64,000 bases of DNA from NCBI GenBank assembly GCA_022605425.2, contig JAKIMF020000001.1:1178001-1242000 (forward strand). Reading direction: 5' to 3'. The stretch's first letter is position 1. Each line of letters opens with the position of its first letter. This stretch comes from Hamiltosporidium tvaerminnensis FI-OER-3-3 (taxonomy: Eukaryota > Fungi > Microsporidia). Below, piece after piece: positions 1 through 13,191 of the stretch. The notes below the pieces were generated by a model that worked only from the letters and a program-made list of their open reading frames with translations, did no database searches and was not told the origin of the DNA. The position numbers were made by a program, and so were the translations under genes.

Positions 1-99
1 GAAAAGATATTTTATTATAGACTTGAGCAAAATCAATATAATATTTATATAAGCAGGAACATTCAACAATATTCTTTCCAAATATTTAAAAAAAATTAC

Positions 100-480
100 T
101 TGAGAAATATGGCTTCACGATGAAACGGGTCTAGCCTTTCTTTCTAATGTCGAGACAACCTCTTATGCTTAATATAAAACGGGTTTTAGGGTTTCCGATA
201 TTAAATTTTTAAAAACAACAACTACCATCGAATATAGAGACCTTCATCAATTGCGGGAAATAAACTTACAATTATTTTCTTTCATTACCAAAAGGTATAT
301 CAGCCTTAAGACTATCTGCATATGAGAACATATGAAAGATATTACTGGGTATCATAGCAAGAGTTATGAGATAATGCAGCCTAGAAACAAATCAAATCAA
401 CCATAAACGAATAATAATGTGTAAATTAAATAAATAGCAAAACATTTAAAGGGACTTACGAAGATAAATTAATGACTAGA
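100..480 (+). mobile_element. Highly decayed fragment of the RT region of an R4/Dong-like non-LTR element (approximate bounds)
   Basis: Frameshifted remnants resemble the 'LIPKG..YRPITCMSNLYKLTT' region of the element at 21788-25604 (e.g. ttaccaaaaggt...tatctgcatatgagaacatatgaaag). No open frame. Confidence 0.3.
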
Positions 481-762
481 ACCCAAAAAAAATACAAATA
501 TTTGAGCTAAATGTAAGATGAAAATATCAACCAAGAGTAGACTATATTTAACTTTTAAAAACAGCAGACAAATAAAATTTAATCCTTTTTCACTTAAATT
601 TAACTTGCCAAAAATTATTATAGATTATTTAGAAATATATTCCAATAATGAAGTGTTTTATATAAAAATTGTGAATTTTTTACAAACCAAATCACATATT
701 ATAACTTATTAACATAAAAATACTCTACCATTCTTTAGTATCTAATAAGTACAAACATATAT

Positions 763-1721
763 TTATACATCTCTATACGCCAATCTTTTCATATCTATGT
801 ACTTATCTATCTCATAATAATACATTTCAGTATCGGTAAATATATATAGAACATTACGACTTCTACAATACTCAATACCTTTTATACTTTTAATATCTTT
901 AAATTTTATTTCTAATTCCGATGTATAACTATAAAGCTTAAGTAAGGAATTACAATACATCGCTATTATGAACTGAATATCTTGTATTTTATACATTTTA
1001 TTTGAAATACATTCTTTAATAATTGAAGTATTGAGCAGTTTTATATAATTTTTGTTATTTATTTTTAGTGTACAGAAGTCATATGAAGATGAAGGATAAA
1101 ATAGTCTGTAACTTTCATGTCTGTATTAATATTAGATGATATATTACTATTTTTAATTTTAATGTTACTTATATCAAATTCTCTAATATTATTCTCGTTT
1201 AAATCTATCTTTTCTATAGCTTGTTGGTTACGTACATCATACTTATAAATACCACTGTCTGTACCTACATAAAGATAAAGACCTTTCCATTCAATACAAG
1301 TAACTTCCTTAATAGGTATAAACATATTAGAATATCGATATTTCAAATCATAAAATTTTATACCTGATGGCGTGATTGCAGCTAGTGTATTGTTTATAGA
1401 GTAACAATGTGTAAACAAAGTATCTTTTTTATAATTAAATATATTTTTAGATGTAGAAATATCGTATAAACGTAGACCGTTATGTGTGTCTGTTGTTGAA
1501 CAGAGCGTATTACCCGATGGGTAGTACTTTACATATGTATTACTGTATGATGTAATTGTTGGTGTATCCGTTACAATTTTATGATATTGTAGTGTTTGTG
1601 TGTTAAGAATTGAAATATTCTGATAAGAATCTGTAAAAACAACAAATTTGTCGTTTTTAGAAATGTCAGAAGAAAAATAAGTTGTTTCTAATATTTTAAT
1701 AGTTGGTTGTAGTTTATTCAT
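763..1721 (-). CDS. WD40-repeat protein, CSA/ERCC8/Rad28-like; one apparent 1-nt frameshift near 1098
   Basis: ORF 1065-1721 reads VKYYP..TLCSTT...LRLYD...TLFTHCYS...LAAIT...IKFYDLK...EVTCIEW...YDVR, which parallels the CSA/ERCC8 repeats as I recall them. Adding one T to the T4 run (~1097-1100) gives YPSSSYDFCTLKINNKNYIKLL..., which runs in frame into ORF 763-996. CCCC motif upstream of the ATG. Confidence 0.7.
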
Positions 1722-2046
1722 GGTTTTGTTTTATTTTGGGGATAAATATTTTTAATAACAAGATTTTGACGGTTTAGTTACTGAGGTAATGAGAATAAAT
1801 ATAAATTTTTTAAACAGAAATTATAAGTTAGAATATTGATCCAAAAATAAATGAATAATACATTAGATTGAAGTAGAAATTTTATTTTATAAAAGAATCA
1901 CTGGATTGAAAAGAATTTCTTATTTTTTCTAAAAGAATAATTTTTATTATAATTTTTTAAGAGACACATTGAATTGAAGTAGAGAAAGTTTTTTACATTT
2001 AAAATAAATAAAATTAAAAGGCTTATAAATAAGATTATTGCAGTAT

Positions 2047-2265
2047 TTATTAATAACTGGCTTGTTCCTTACGGATGAAACACAATCCAAGGGTGAATCA
2101 TAGCTTCGCTGTGTTATATGCGGTCAAAGTCAATCCTTTTGTGATTGGTTAGTTTGCTAACTCACGCAAACTTCCCGCAGAAAGACAAAGAGTGCACCAA
2201 CCAGGAAGGGGATCGAATCCGGCCCTTTGGACTAAATTCCGATATTCTCACCACTAGTCTTTCTC
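2047..2265 (-). mobile_element. tRNA-derived SINE-like element, copy 1
   Basis: Minus strand has A-box-like AGACTAGTGG (2251-2260), B-box-like GGATTCGATCC (2210-2220), a GC-rich body and a TTATTAATAAA tail. Clearly homologous to 31266-31482. No clear TSD. Confidence 0.7.
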
Positions 2266-2329
2266 ATTAATACACATGAAAAATCGTTTTATTAATACTA
2301 TACAGCAAGAAATAATTATTTTTCGACTC

Positions 2330-4903
2330 AAAACGACAAAAACCAAGAATTTTATGTGATAATGGATCCGAAATATACTTAAACCGTGAACAAAGTCAAC
2401 CAGCAGCTTTAGTAAAAAATAAATCTTTTTTTATTCAAGAAACCAAGGTTTAGTATACGAGAAATAAAATATATTCTTAAAATCTTGAAAGTAATTTTTT
2501 TTGAATCGATTTTATATGGGCTATCGGTGCCTGTTAGATTATAACATTTGATAGTCGCTATGGAATCGTGAAGTTTGTTCAAAAGAGCAAAAACATAAGA
2601 TTTTTTTGTATAAAGTATATCAAATACTCATTTATTGCATACTTCGTAAAATTTTTTTACTTCCCATGATCACTTTATAAAAACTAAAGCTAGATTTTTA
2701 AGTTTGAACGCAGAAGGAAATAGTGATATATGCTTCTGATTAGAAAAATTACAATTATTCCTAAATATTTGTACGAAATTATAAAAAATATTATATTTTA
2801 AATAAGCACCAAAGAATATATTTTTTGCTGCTGGTCTACGTAGATTATCTTTAAAATTGATTATAAAGAGACTTCGATTAGATGTAAATCATTTGTATAT
2901 AAATTCTCTATAAGTTAGCGAAAAGATGTTCATTAAAGATCATAACTTTAAGTGTAACGGCTTAAATCCTCAGCAGAAAAATTATTGAGATGATAATAGA
3001 ATGCAAGAGAAAAAAGCATGTCTTTTTATACGTTTCTCTTAATATAGAGCATAAAGGGCTTAACAAAACCTCGATCGATACCAGGAACGTTAATGTTTCG
3101 GCTGATTATATCTATTAAAGGAATTAACCTCAAAACGCGAGCTTTTCTGATGAATCTAAGTTTATTTATGAAAAAAATAAAAAAAAATATGTATCGAGCA
3201 TAACAAATCCGAGAAGAATTCAAACAGAAGACATGAAAACATATAATTTTCGTTTCTGGATTTTTTATTATTCCGCTGAGCGTATTCATAATGAGAATTT
3301 ACTAAGTTATAGTCAATAAAATAGAGGTCTCTAAAAAGAAATCATCATTTATTCATCTAGGTTTTCAATCTTTTTGCAGTCGGTAATGTTGAACCAAGCT
3401 TAATGATGGCTAAAGAGATGTCTTTTGATCAAAACAGAGCTAGAGATAAAAAAACGAAAAAGAATCCAACAGAAGAGTGGCTTAAAAAAAACTATTATTT
3501 TTTTAAATAGCGATTTTTTATGGGAATTTAGGTCTAATCGAAGATATCTGCAGAAATGCAACACGATGTATATTTTTGGAAGAAAATAAAAGTTGATACC
3601 AAGGTACTAAAAACTTTCAACCAAATTAAAAGAAAACAAAATATGTGATTAATGATTATAGGAAATCACAAAAACTTTAGGCGATGTAAATGCATTTGAA
3701 CCAGATGGTTTTTACTAGTTAGATTATTTCGTACAGGTAATATAACAAACATAGTATTACTTTTGTTTTCACTGAAAATAGGTGCTATGGATTCTTATGA
3801 CAAACTTGGAAAGTGTTTGTATGATAGTATAGCCGGTAAAAATACGCAGATGCTGCTGTCGGATATTCACAAGAAGAAATAAATAATTCCTCTAAGAGCA
3901 TCAATCAGTGATATGGAAAATTTCAAAGAGGATTTAGACTTGATTAAGTTCCCCTTAGAGTAATAAAGTAAATAGAAACCACATAAGAAACCAAGAAACA
4001 ATACTACTATAAAATTCATTATTAGAACTAGAAATTGTAGCTAGCTCAAAATATTTAAAGTATTTTTAAGTTTAGTGGCTCTTAGAAACAGTTCGAGGAA
4101 TCAAAAATTTGCACCGCGAGAAAGCGGGATTTTGCTAGATTTAAGATATTATCGTGTTTTGCAGTATAGAACTAGGTTTAAACACTCATAAACTCCTTTA
4201 AAAAACGGGAATCATTTCGCAACTGGGCGTAAAAATCTTCGAAATTATCAAATATAAGTTACAATTGAGGTGTATTGGATGCCCATATCACCTAATATTA
4301 TGATAACAAATCTTCAGAAAAATTCGATGTTCAAGATGAATGAAATACTGGAAATGAATTTCTTAAAATCAAATCTTTTCAAAAATTTGTAATAAAACCA
4401 TATATGTTTATAACACCTAGAAATTCAACGAGATTTGCTGCTCGAAGTCGATTCTTACTACAAGATTAGGATAAAACATATAAGTAATAAAGACTTATCA
4501 CAAATGGGTTTAGGTTATTAATCTAATTGTATTAGATATAACAACTTATATCATCCTAATGTATGATATATATCCGATGTAATATAAATGTCTTTAGAAG
4601 CTTCATATAAGCTTAATTCATATCAAAATATAAGATCGTTACACGAGTTAAAAAAGCCATGATGGTTGGTTTACCTTGAACGAATTTCAAGCAGTTGTAT
4701 TTAAAAAGAGTCTATATTTCTAATTACGAAAGTCGAAAAGTTTGCGTAGCCTTAAAACTAGATGGCTAGATGATGTTAAAAAATGTTTTCAGTAATTTTT
4801 ATATAGACGAATGAAAAAAAAGAACGCAAGATCGCGATAGGTGGAAGTTATTAGTCTATGAGTCTGGGTTTCTTAATGAACTGCATGCAATTGAGTAAGT
4901 AAG
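2330..4903 (+). mobile_element. Decayed RTE-clade LINE (AP endonuclease + RT remnants); 5' bound approximate
   Basis: Remnant motifs: AFEPDGF (~3690, APGPDG-like), GCP/ISP (~4280, QGCPLSP-like), KTRWLDDVKK (~4755-4783) and QDRDRWKLLV (~4827-4856), then a GAGTAAGTAAG tail ending at 4903. RWxDxV and QDRxxW are typical RTE C-terminal motifs. Confidence 0.6.
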
Positions 4904-5834
4904 ATGATTCATATTACGAAAAAATAGAGACTTATTTCATCAAAAGTATTAAAATAGTCGAAATATTTGTAGGATCTAAAAAAAATCAGAAATTACAACA
5001 GCAGATAAAATCTGAAGAATTAATACCGGTATACCACAAAAAAGCAAAAAGACTCATCGACCTTATCCGAATATATATATGAAATTTAATAGAATAAAGA
5101 GCTGAGTAAACAAATAACTCATTCAATGATTTTTTTTGTGGAAAGAAATATTTACATCAACGCATCGACTCAAAAGATTGGAAATAAATCGAATACAATG
5201 AATGATTCAAACAAAACTAGCGAAATTGTCGCACAATTCAATAACTTAAAAAGAACAATAACTACGTATTAAACAAATTTGATTTTATTAAAAAATCTTT
5301 TTAGGACAGAAAAAAATACTATTTAAATTTTAAACTGATTCACAAAAATGCTAATATGATTTATCCAGTGGCTTTAAATAAAACGCAAAGCATAATCGAA
5401 GAATTTATTTCGATCTATTTAAATATCTAGTAATTTTTATGATGTGAAAATCTATTAAATTTTTAAGTGATTGATAAAGAAAGAGACTATTAATTGCATG
5501 AATGACTCTTCGTTTAATGACATAGTCATTAAAAAAAATATTTGAATTCACAATTCTAATGACGTAGCAGCATAAAAAAGAAAGTGATTTTGGGAATTGA
5601 AAAATTTTAGGATGAAAAGTTTCAATTTAGTAGGAATAATAAAATTAATTTAGCCAAAAAACCTACATTTTGAATGTTCAGAAATTAATTTACAAATGTT
5701 CTAAATGTATCAAAAACTCTTCAAAACCTATCAAGGAACATCTTAGTCAACTAATGTCTGAAAATATTCTCTAATCGAAATATTTACATAAATCCAATAT
5801 TTCATGATACTCTTCAACAAACCTAACAAATTTA

Positions 5835-8208
5835 ATGATATTTAATCAAATTCGAGCAAATATTTATTTTTTTATTTTATATATTTTGTTACAGTTTCTT
5901 ACAATCCAAACAGAGATTATTGTTCGGTTTCATCTGAAGAATGATAGTATTAAAAAGGTTGAAGAATCGGATAGAAAATTTATAGAAAAAAAGTCATTTT
6001 TAAATTTCTGTTCAAAATTTCTAACAGTAAAGAAAGAATGTGTAGTAAAAAATGTAAAAATCGTTAAGATCCCACTTTCTGATTTGATATTACTTAACTG
6101 TAAAGAAATCGAATTTCATAAAAAGAATGACGGTTCTGATATTGATATAGATCTCTCTAAAATATATTATAGTGAATTTATGGCTTTTCATTTATATCTA
6201 AAATCCTGTTATTTTCCGAATAATCTGATTTCTTTTGAAAAATTTGTTATATTTCTAGTAGTTTTAAATGAACTTAAAGTCGATTTTGATGCAGGCTTCA
6301 TTAAACTGATTGGTACAATTCTATTCAACTTGTATAATTTATTCGAAAGTAACAAATATTATTTAAAAGATAGTGATATAACTGATTCAATGACGCATTA
6401 AAATATATCATTTTCGATTTTAAATTTTATTTTCGGTAGGTTTATCGAAAAGTATTTCGACTGCAGTGATTTTTACGATTTTTTTTCTGACCGTCACGAT
6501 ATAAATGAAGAAAATAAAGAATTAGGAAAATATGTGAAGTTATTTTTAGAAATAGACGATAAATATGTTCTAATTTCAGAAAGTTTTATTAAAAAAATCA
6601 TTAAAGAATCGCTTGTTAAATGAGCCGGCTTTTTTTTTACAAACGATAATCGCATTATCTGATACAAACACGGTCATTATTTATGAAACAAATGAAACAA
6701 ATGTTGAATATTTGAAAAATATAATTAGTTTGTTTAGAAAAAAGCCATCTAAAATAATATTTCAAAGGTTTTTATTCAATCCAGCAACTATGATTTTTTT
6801 AAATGAGTATGTATTTGAGGAAAATTTAATTTTAATAATATTTTTGGACTATGAAGTGATTAATAATCAAATTAAATTTTCTGAGAAAATATTGAATATT
6901 AAAAAAATTGTTTTTTTAAATTACAAAGATTCATTAGTAGAAAATATATTTGCTGATGATAATGCAATGTCGAAAGCAAAGAGTTTTCTTGAACATGATA
7001 TGATTTATAATTTAAAAATGAGTAATATCAATTTGAAATATTTGATGAGAGATGATTCTTTATTTTCAAACTTGTGGATTATCTCATCTAATTATCCTTA
7101 TATTTACCTTTTACCGTTTTATATTGATTTAGGGAATGTACTTATTTATAGAATTTTTGAATATAAATTTTTGTATTGGAAAATCACCGGAATTATTATA
7201 GAAAAGACTTCAAATGAACCAAATTCTAGCTCAAAAACCAAAAATAAAGGAATAAATTCGGATAGTATTTGCCTTTTAAATCTTGAGATTAACTTATTTC
7301 AAGTAAAAATTTCAAATTTATTCTTTACAAACAAATATATTTCTGATAAGATATTTTTTTTGAAAATTTCGCATTCAAAAATTGAATATAATGGTTTAAA
7401 TTCATTATTGAGAATACCCAATCTGAAAAAATTATATTTATATAATATTCAGTTTTTAGGCACCGAGGATAATAAAAAAGTTGAAAAAAATAAGTCAATT
7501 ATCACATTTGAGTTCGAAAGAATACAAACGAGTTTTTTTGATCTGGTTTTAAAGTTTATAAAATCCATGGAATCCCTATGTAATGTATCGATTAGATATT
7601 TTTTAGAAAATAGCTTCTTCGCTAGCAATGATATAAAATTTATTGAGAAATCTGAAATAAGTTTCTATAGATTTATTGATAATGATGAAGCAAACATAGG
7701 CATTTTTCTTCTATCGGTTTTTTTGGTTAAAGATAGTATTGAGTTTAGGAGTAATTGTGAATTGGGGAAGCTTAAAGATAAATTTTCTTATGATGGCTAT
7801 AGAAATCTAAAATCATTAAAAATTGAATCTGTTAAGATTGAATGAAACTGCTTTAAATGTTTTCGAAAATCTAAGGAGCCTCGAAAGTATTGAATTACAT
7901 TCCAAATCAACACATCCATATCAACTTTTCAGAATTGTTCTCTTCTTGTGTCATTTATAATCTAAAATTTATAATATTACGTGAAATGAGCAATACTTAA
8001 TGATGATATGCTGTTTCTGTCAAAATCTAAAAACCTAGAAAGATTGATATTTGATAAATGTGATTTCAGTGGTCTTTCGTATCTCACCTTAGTTAGAAAT
8101 AATTTTATGAGCTTAAAAATACTTAAATTTTTAACGTGTTATTATTTTTCTTCGGGTGGTCTCCATGAATTTCTTAATGAAGAATATTCCGTAAATATAT
8201 TAACTTAA
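5835..8208 (+). pseudogene. Secreted LRR-like family gene, paralogue A, disrupted
   Basis: Hydrophobic N-terminal signal and LxxLxL-type repeats in the C-terminal half; colinear with 20698-27644(-). Versus paralogue B: TAT>TAA at 6399-6401, TCA>TGA at ~6621, and frameshifts at ~6635, ~7843 and ~7920. Confidence 0.8.
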
Positions 8209-10740
8209 AATAAATGTCCTGTCCTCCTTATTCATTTAAATTTTATTTGCTTTTTATATTTTATAATTCATACCGTTTAAAATTTTGAATTTCATTTATA
8301 TTTAACAACATTTTTCATTAAATTTAACATGATATCGAATTTTTATTATGTTAATAAATTTTACACAAATTCAAGTTTGATATCAATTTGCTTATTTATT
8401 TGTAAAATATAGTAATAAGAATTAACTCAAACGATATTGAAATAAGTTCAAATTAAAAATTTCTGAAATTTTCGATGAACATTAGGAATTATCAAAGAAG
8501 TATATAAATATTTTAAAAGAAACGGAAAGACTACTTTATATTCAAATTGAGAATTACTGCATAATTGCATAGAAAATCAAATAAGTCATTTCAAAATGTG
8601 GCTCAAAACACTTTCGCTTTTTTCTTATAAATTTGGATCTAATATGAATGTAGTATATTGTTGGAATTAAAATATACAATCGACTGGTTTTTTTTTATTT
8701 AGTTTAAGTTTTTTAATGAATTTTCTTTTTGTTTTAAAAAAATTATTATTTGATACACAATTAGAATTTTAATAATTTTTGCAGACTTTTCTCACAAATT
8801 TAGTATCAAACCATTTATTTCCAAACCTAAATCAATTTCAATTCTAACAAAAATTAACTCAAAATCAATTAATCACAATTCCGTTATTTATAAAATACAC
8901 ATGAGAAACATAAATTGTGTGATAATTTGTGATGGTAATTATTAAAAAATCATACAAGAATTACTTTAGAATACTCAAGAACCATTAAAAATAGAGATAT
9001 ATTTCCAGTCAATTATACTTAAAAAGGCGATCAAAGCTGTTTATTTGATCGATGAAAAGGCGTCATGTCAATGAAATATGTTGATTGAAGTGATAATAAA
9101 TATTAGATATCATACAAAAGGCACAAATAAACGATTAATATTCTAATATCTGCACTTAAATATCAACGAAGAAATGGATTTAAATACAAAAATAAGAATT
9201 CTTTAACTCCAAATTTTAGTTGAAACTATCAAAATCAAACATTAATTCCGAATATAAAAAACTAAAAAAGACGAGATAAATTAAAAAGAAGAGATAAAAT
9301 ATAAAAAACAAAAACACAGGAGTATTAACCCTGTATTAAATTAAATTCTATTAATCGCATTCAGAATATTTCTACTCTTACTTTGATTTTAAGTTTGTTG
9401 AACATGAATCAAAACAATTAATATATCCATATAATTTGGATCAGCATTGAACTTATTTTTATTTATTAATTTTTATACTTCAATTATATTTCCAAGAAGG
9501 CTTTTTGCTTAGCTAATTAAAATTTAAAATGAAAAAAATAAATCCTTTTGACTTCGTTATAAATCGAATTCTTACATTGTTTATTGTCTAAAATTATTCT
9601 TAGAATTGTTGCTTCTTCTGAACAAATTACTAAATACTCTAAACTGACAGAGATAATCATCATAACAATTATTTAAATATTTCGTTCCTCTTTAACTTCT
9701 CGGTTTGGAGGATAAAAAAAACAAAGGTTTTCATTTTTTCTTTTAATCAGTTGTAACACGAGATTATAGAGGATTTGCCTATAGATCCAATGCAGTTTAT
9801 ATCTTACGAAAATGGCTGCGATAGATTTCACACCGATTCTACATATTTATTGCTAATAAGATAGTTTTTTATATGGTATATTCTCTCCACTCTGTCTTTC
9901 AAGCTATGAACCAAAATTTATTTCAATATATGTTTTACGTTTATTTAGTATTTGGATTATGTTTATAACGAATATTTACGTTTTAAAATATGCGTTTCAT
10001 TTAAACACAGATTTTCTTAAAAAAAATTATATTTTCTAAAATATTTAGAATGAGTTTTCTTAAAGAATATTTAGATCACATTATTTCCTGTTGTTTTGTT
10101 TACTAAAATAGTCTCAAATTTTTACTTTATAAGAGAAATTGCTTGATCGAAAATATAAAAATTATATTAAAAAAAAATGATAGACTTTTGAGGATAGAGT
10201 ATAATTTATTTAATATTTTAACGATGCTGTCATGTGTTTGTGTTTTATATTTTTGTATTCAATGTTTCTTAAATGATTCTTTCTTCTTAAAGAAACAGAA
10301 AACATTAGTGTATCATAAACGGTAACAGAATTAATAAAATTCCAATCAATAAAACATTCAAAAATATGAAAAATTTTATATGTTTTGGCGTTGGATTCAT
10401 AGATATTAACCTTTTAAAAAAGATAAATAAAAAAATCTGTCGTATTACATGTAATAATACCTATCAATAGATTAATCTTATCTATGAATATATATTACAT
10501 AACTAGCAAGATATGAAGTAAAACAGTGAAATAATTTTTATTTGTGTATTCATTTGTATATATTTTAATCTAATACCATAAATGAAAAAAAAAATACAAA
10601 ATTTATATTTCTAATCTCATTACTCATATCAAATATTTTATGATCTATTGGTTGTTTAAAACGTTAAATGATAACAAAGAAAGTTATATCCAAATATTTA
10701 TTCAATGGATATAATAATCTTCAGATCTATTTTTAGTTTT

Positions 10741-10945
10741 ACCTTTAAAATATGCGAGTACCAAGGAAGATGGTGTCACATATTTTAAAACAAAAATAAT
10801 GTGTTTCTTCGTTCTGATGGAGTAACTGATTATAAACATAATGAAGAGTCGAGTTCAGAAACAGAGAAGAATGTTTTTAAAGAGTTAGAAGGAAATATCT
10901 AAAAGTATTAAGAACATATTAACTCAGAATTTTATTAAATAAAAA
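10741..10945 (+). mobile_element. 5'-truncated 3' end of the R4/Dong-like element
   Basis: Contains ggaagatggtg and aacataatgaagagtcg, and the family terminus aactcagaattttattaaataaaaa (10921-10945). Confidence 0.65.
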
Positions 10946-11629
10946 CTTTTCTGTTTTAAATCATGAATACAAATTTTCTAAAATATTTGTTAAAAGAACT
11001 TCTTAACGTTTAATAAATTTATAGAAAAATAAAAGTACAAAATCTTCGCTTCTGTTCACGTAATATCCATTAAACTTATGATCTACGCGTGTTTCAAAAC
11101 TTTTATTTCAATAATTTACAAAAATATCTGTAAAACACATATCAAAGCTTAAATTATAGTCTTATGCGCAAAAGCAAAAATATAAAATTTACTATCTATA
11201 AGATCTAAGGATGAATATTCAAAGTATCAATCTAATTTATCTAACAGTATGAATAAACTTAAAATTTATTTAAATCAATTTTGAGAAACAACTTTAACAT
11301 AAAATATTATAAATATATTTATACATATTAGATAATTAGGTTGATCTAGTTGTATAGAATATTGTTATAGACTTATGTTTCAGAAATTTAGTTATCAATT
11401 ATATGATTTGAAATATTTGATATTGTCCTAAAAATTTAGATTATATGAAATAAACATATCTCTTGAAAACTTTAATTTTAAAATAAATCTTATAAGGAAA
11501 CCTACTAGTTTTCCTCCAAAATCCGCTGTTTATTATTTTTTTTAATTTTACTTTTTGCAAAATAAAAAATTTCTATCTACGGACAAAAAGTTTTTTTACT
11601 ACAAAATATACTAATAAACATTGTATTTC

Positions 11630-12330
11630 AACTCTTCAAAACGAATTATGTGTCACACATGTGAAGAAATTATTGCAAATGCGTATGCGGAAATATGAAC
11701 GAAAACCATAATAATTGACGTTTAAATTCGTACTAATAGATCAGATATATTTATTTTAGATAACAGAAAAAACAAGCTATTTCTTATTGATGTAGGAATT
11801 TTAATTCTAAGGCTGCAAATATTTATAACTGAAAAAGGCTAAGAAATATTACATATTGATTAATTAACTAGATTCTTTGTAAAGGTGTGGTTTTAGGATA
11901 CTTGCTTATTTGATAACTAGGAAATATCTAGTAAAAAATATAAAAAAATGTATCTTATAAGACTATAAATACTGATAGCCATAGAGAGATGTATAAAATA
12001 AAAATTCTCAAAACCAAATCCAGAAATAATTATTTTTTATTTTCGGAGACGACTCGAGTCTAGACTAAATCCCGAAGGAATTATCAATTTATGTCAATCA
12101 AGGTGCTTGGAAGCAAATAACCGATTCTGAATACCATCCTTAATACTTATCTAATTATTAGAAAGATTAAAGTTTAACAAGCAATCACCAAAATAAATGA
12201 AAATCAATGTACGAATATAATTACCGAAATCACAGCCATTGCGAGGAATAGAAAAGAGAATCAAATATAAAAAAACTAGATAGCGAAAAAAAAAAGAAAG
12301 AAGGAATAAAACTTGTATAAAATTAATTTT
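11630..12330 (+). mobile_element. Decayed R4/Dong-like fragment (RLE region)
   Basis: aatagatcagatatatttattttagat...ttcttattgatgtaggaatt corresponds to NRPDIFILD...TLIEVGI of the intact element. Confidence 0.6.
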
Positions 12331-12555
12331 ATTTTATTTAACCTTTTTTATGGTTTACTTTTAAAATTATTTGCTAAAACAAAAGTAATGATTTGATTTA
12401 TTATAAAATATTTTAAAATTAAAATTAAAGATTTTTGAGAATCCGATATTTTGATTTTTAATTTACTTTTAAAGCTAAAATTTATTTAGCGAATTTAGTT
12501 GTTCTGTTTATGTAAATTATTAACTGTTTATAAAAATATTTAAAAACCGTTTTTT

Positions 12556-13131
12556 TTACTTTTTTGTATTTTTTAAAAAATCAATCATTTTATTCTTAAA
12601 AGCTTCTTTTTTTAATTCGTTTTCTTTTTCTTTATTTTTAGAGAATTCAATTAATTCATCAATATTGGTTTTTTGTGATATTTTAATTTCTCTGGTAATA
12701 TCATCATTCTGATAAATTCCACTTCTTTCTTGAAAAGCTTCTTTAATTTGATTTTCTAATATTTTTGTTGGATCTTCTCTTTCTTCTTTTTCTTTATAAT
12801 TCTTTTCAAATTCTAGATTTTTCTTTGTTTTTTCGAAAATTTCATTTACTTTTAAACAACCAAATTCTACAATATATTCTCCATTTTTCGGATCAGTTTT
12901 TAATGTCATTTCACACCTACAATTTGTACATTTGATGTGAAATCTATATATTTCTACACCAAGATATGTCTCTCCAACTACTTTTTCTTTCACTGCATTG
13001 AATTTATATCCTTTACTAATATATTCTTTGCAGGTAATACAACCAATAGTAAAAGGTAATGCAAATCTAATTCCACTGTATTTCTTTTCAAAATATTTGG
13101 TTCCAATCCTTTTCTGTCTTTTTTTCTGCAT
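12556..13131 (-). CDS. YJU2: Splicing factor Yju2/Cwc16 (CCDC94 family)
   Basis: IRFALPFTIGCITCKEYISKGYKFNAVKE...YLGVEIYRFHIKCTNC...TLKTDPKNGEY..E.G matches the Yju2 zinc-binding domain (two CxxC, KFNA, KTDP). Coiled-coil C-terminus. Confidence 0.92.
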   Translation of the reverse strand: MQKKRQKRIGTKYFEKKYSGIRFALPFTIGCITCKEYISKGYKFNAVKEKVVGETYLGVEIYRFHIKCTNCRCEMTLKTDPKNGEYIVEFGCLKVNEIFEKTKKNLEFEKNYKEKEEREDPTKILENQIKEAFQERSGIYQNDDITREIKISQKTNIDELIEFSKNKEKENELKKEAFKNKMIDFLKNTKK

Positions 13132-13191
13132 TTAAAAAAATTTAGAAAAAAATATTTAAAAATTTAAAATTCAAATAAAAAAAAACCCACA
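13132..13191. promoter_or_regulatory. 60-bp bidirectional promoter region with microsporidian CCC/GGG start signal
   Basis: AT-rich gap between divergent YJU2 and the 70-aa gene, with CCC at 13186-13188. The same motif precedes ATGs at 1721(-), 14044, 34932, 46453 and 59273. Confidence 0.6.

Noticed and set aside
2058-2265. Functional tRNA, SRP RNA (TCCGTAAGGA) or RNase P RNA
   Set aside because: No acceptor stem, the 5' side of the SRP helix-8 symmetric loop is missing, no proper P4 pairing, and a second diverged copy with an A-rich tail favours a SINE.
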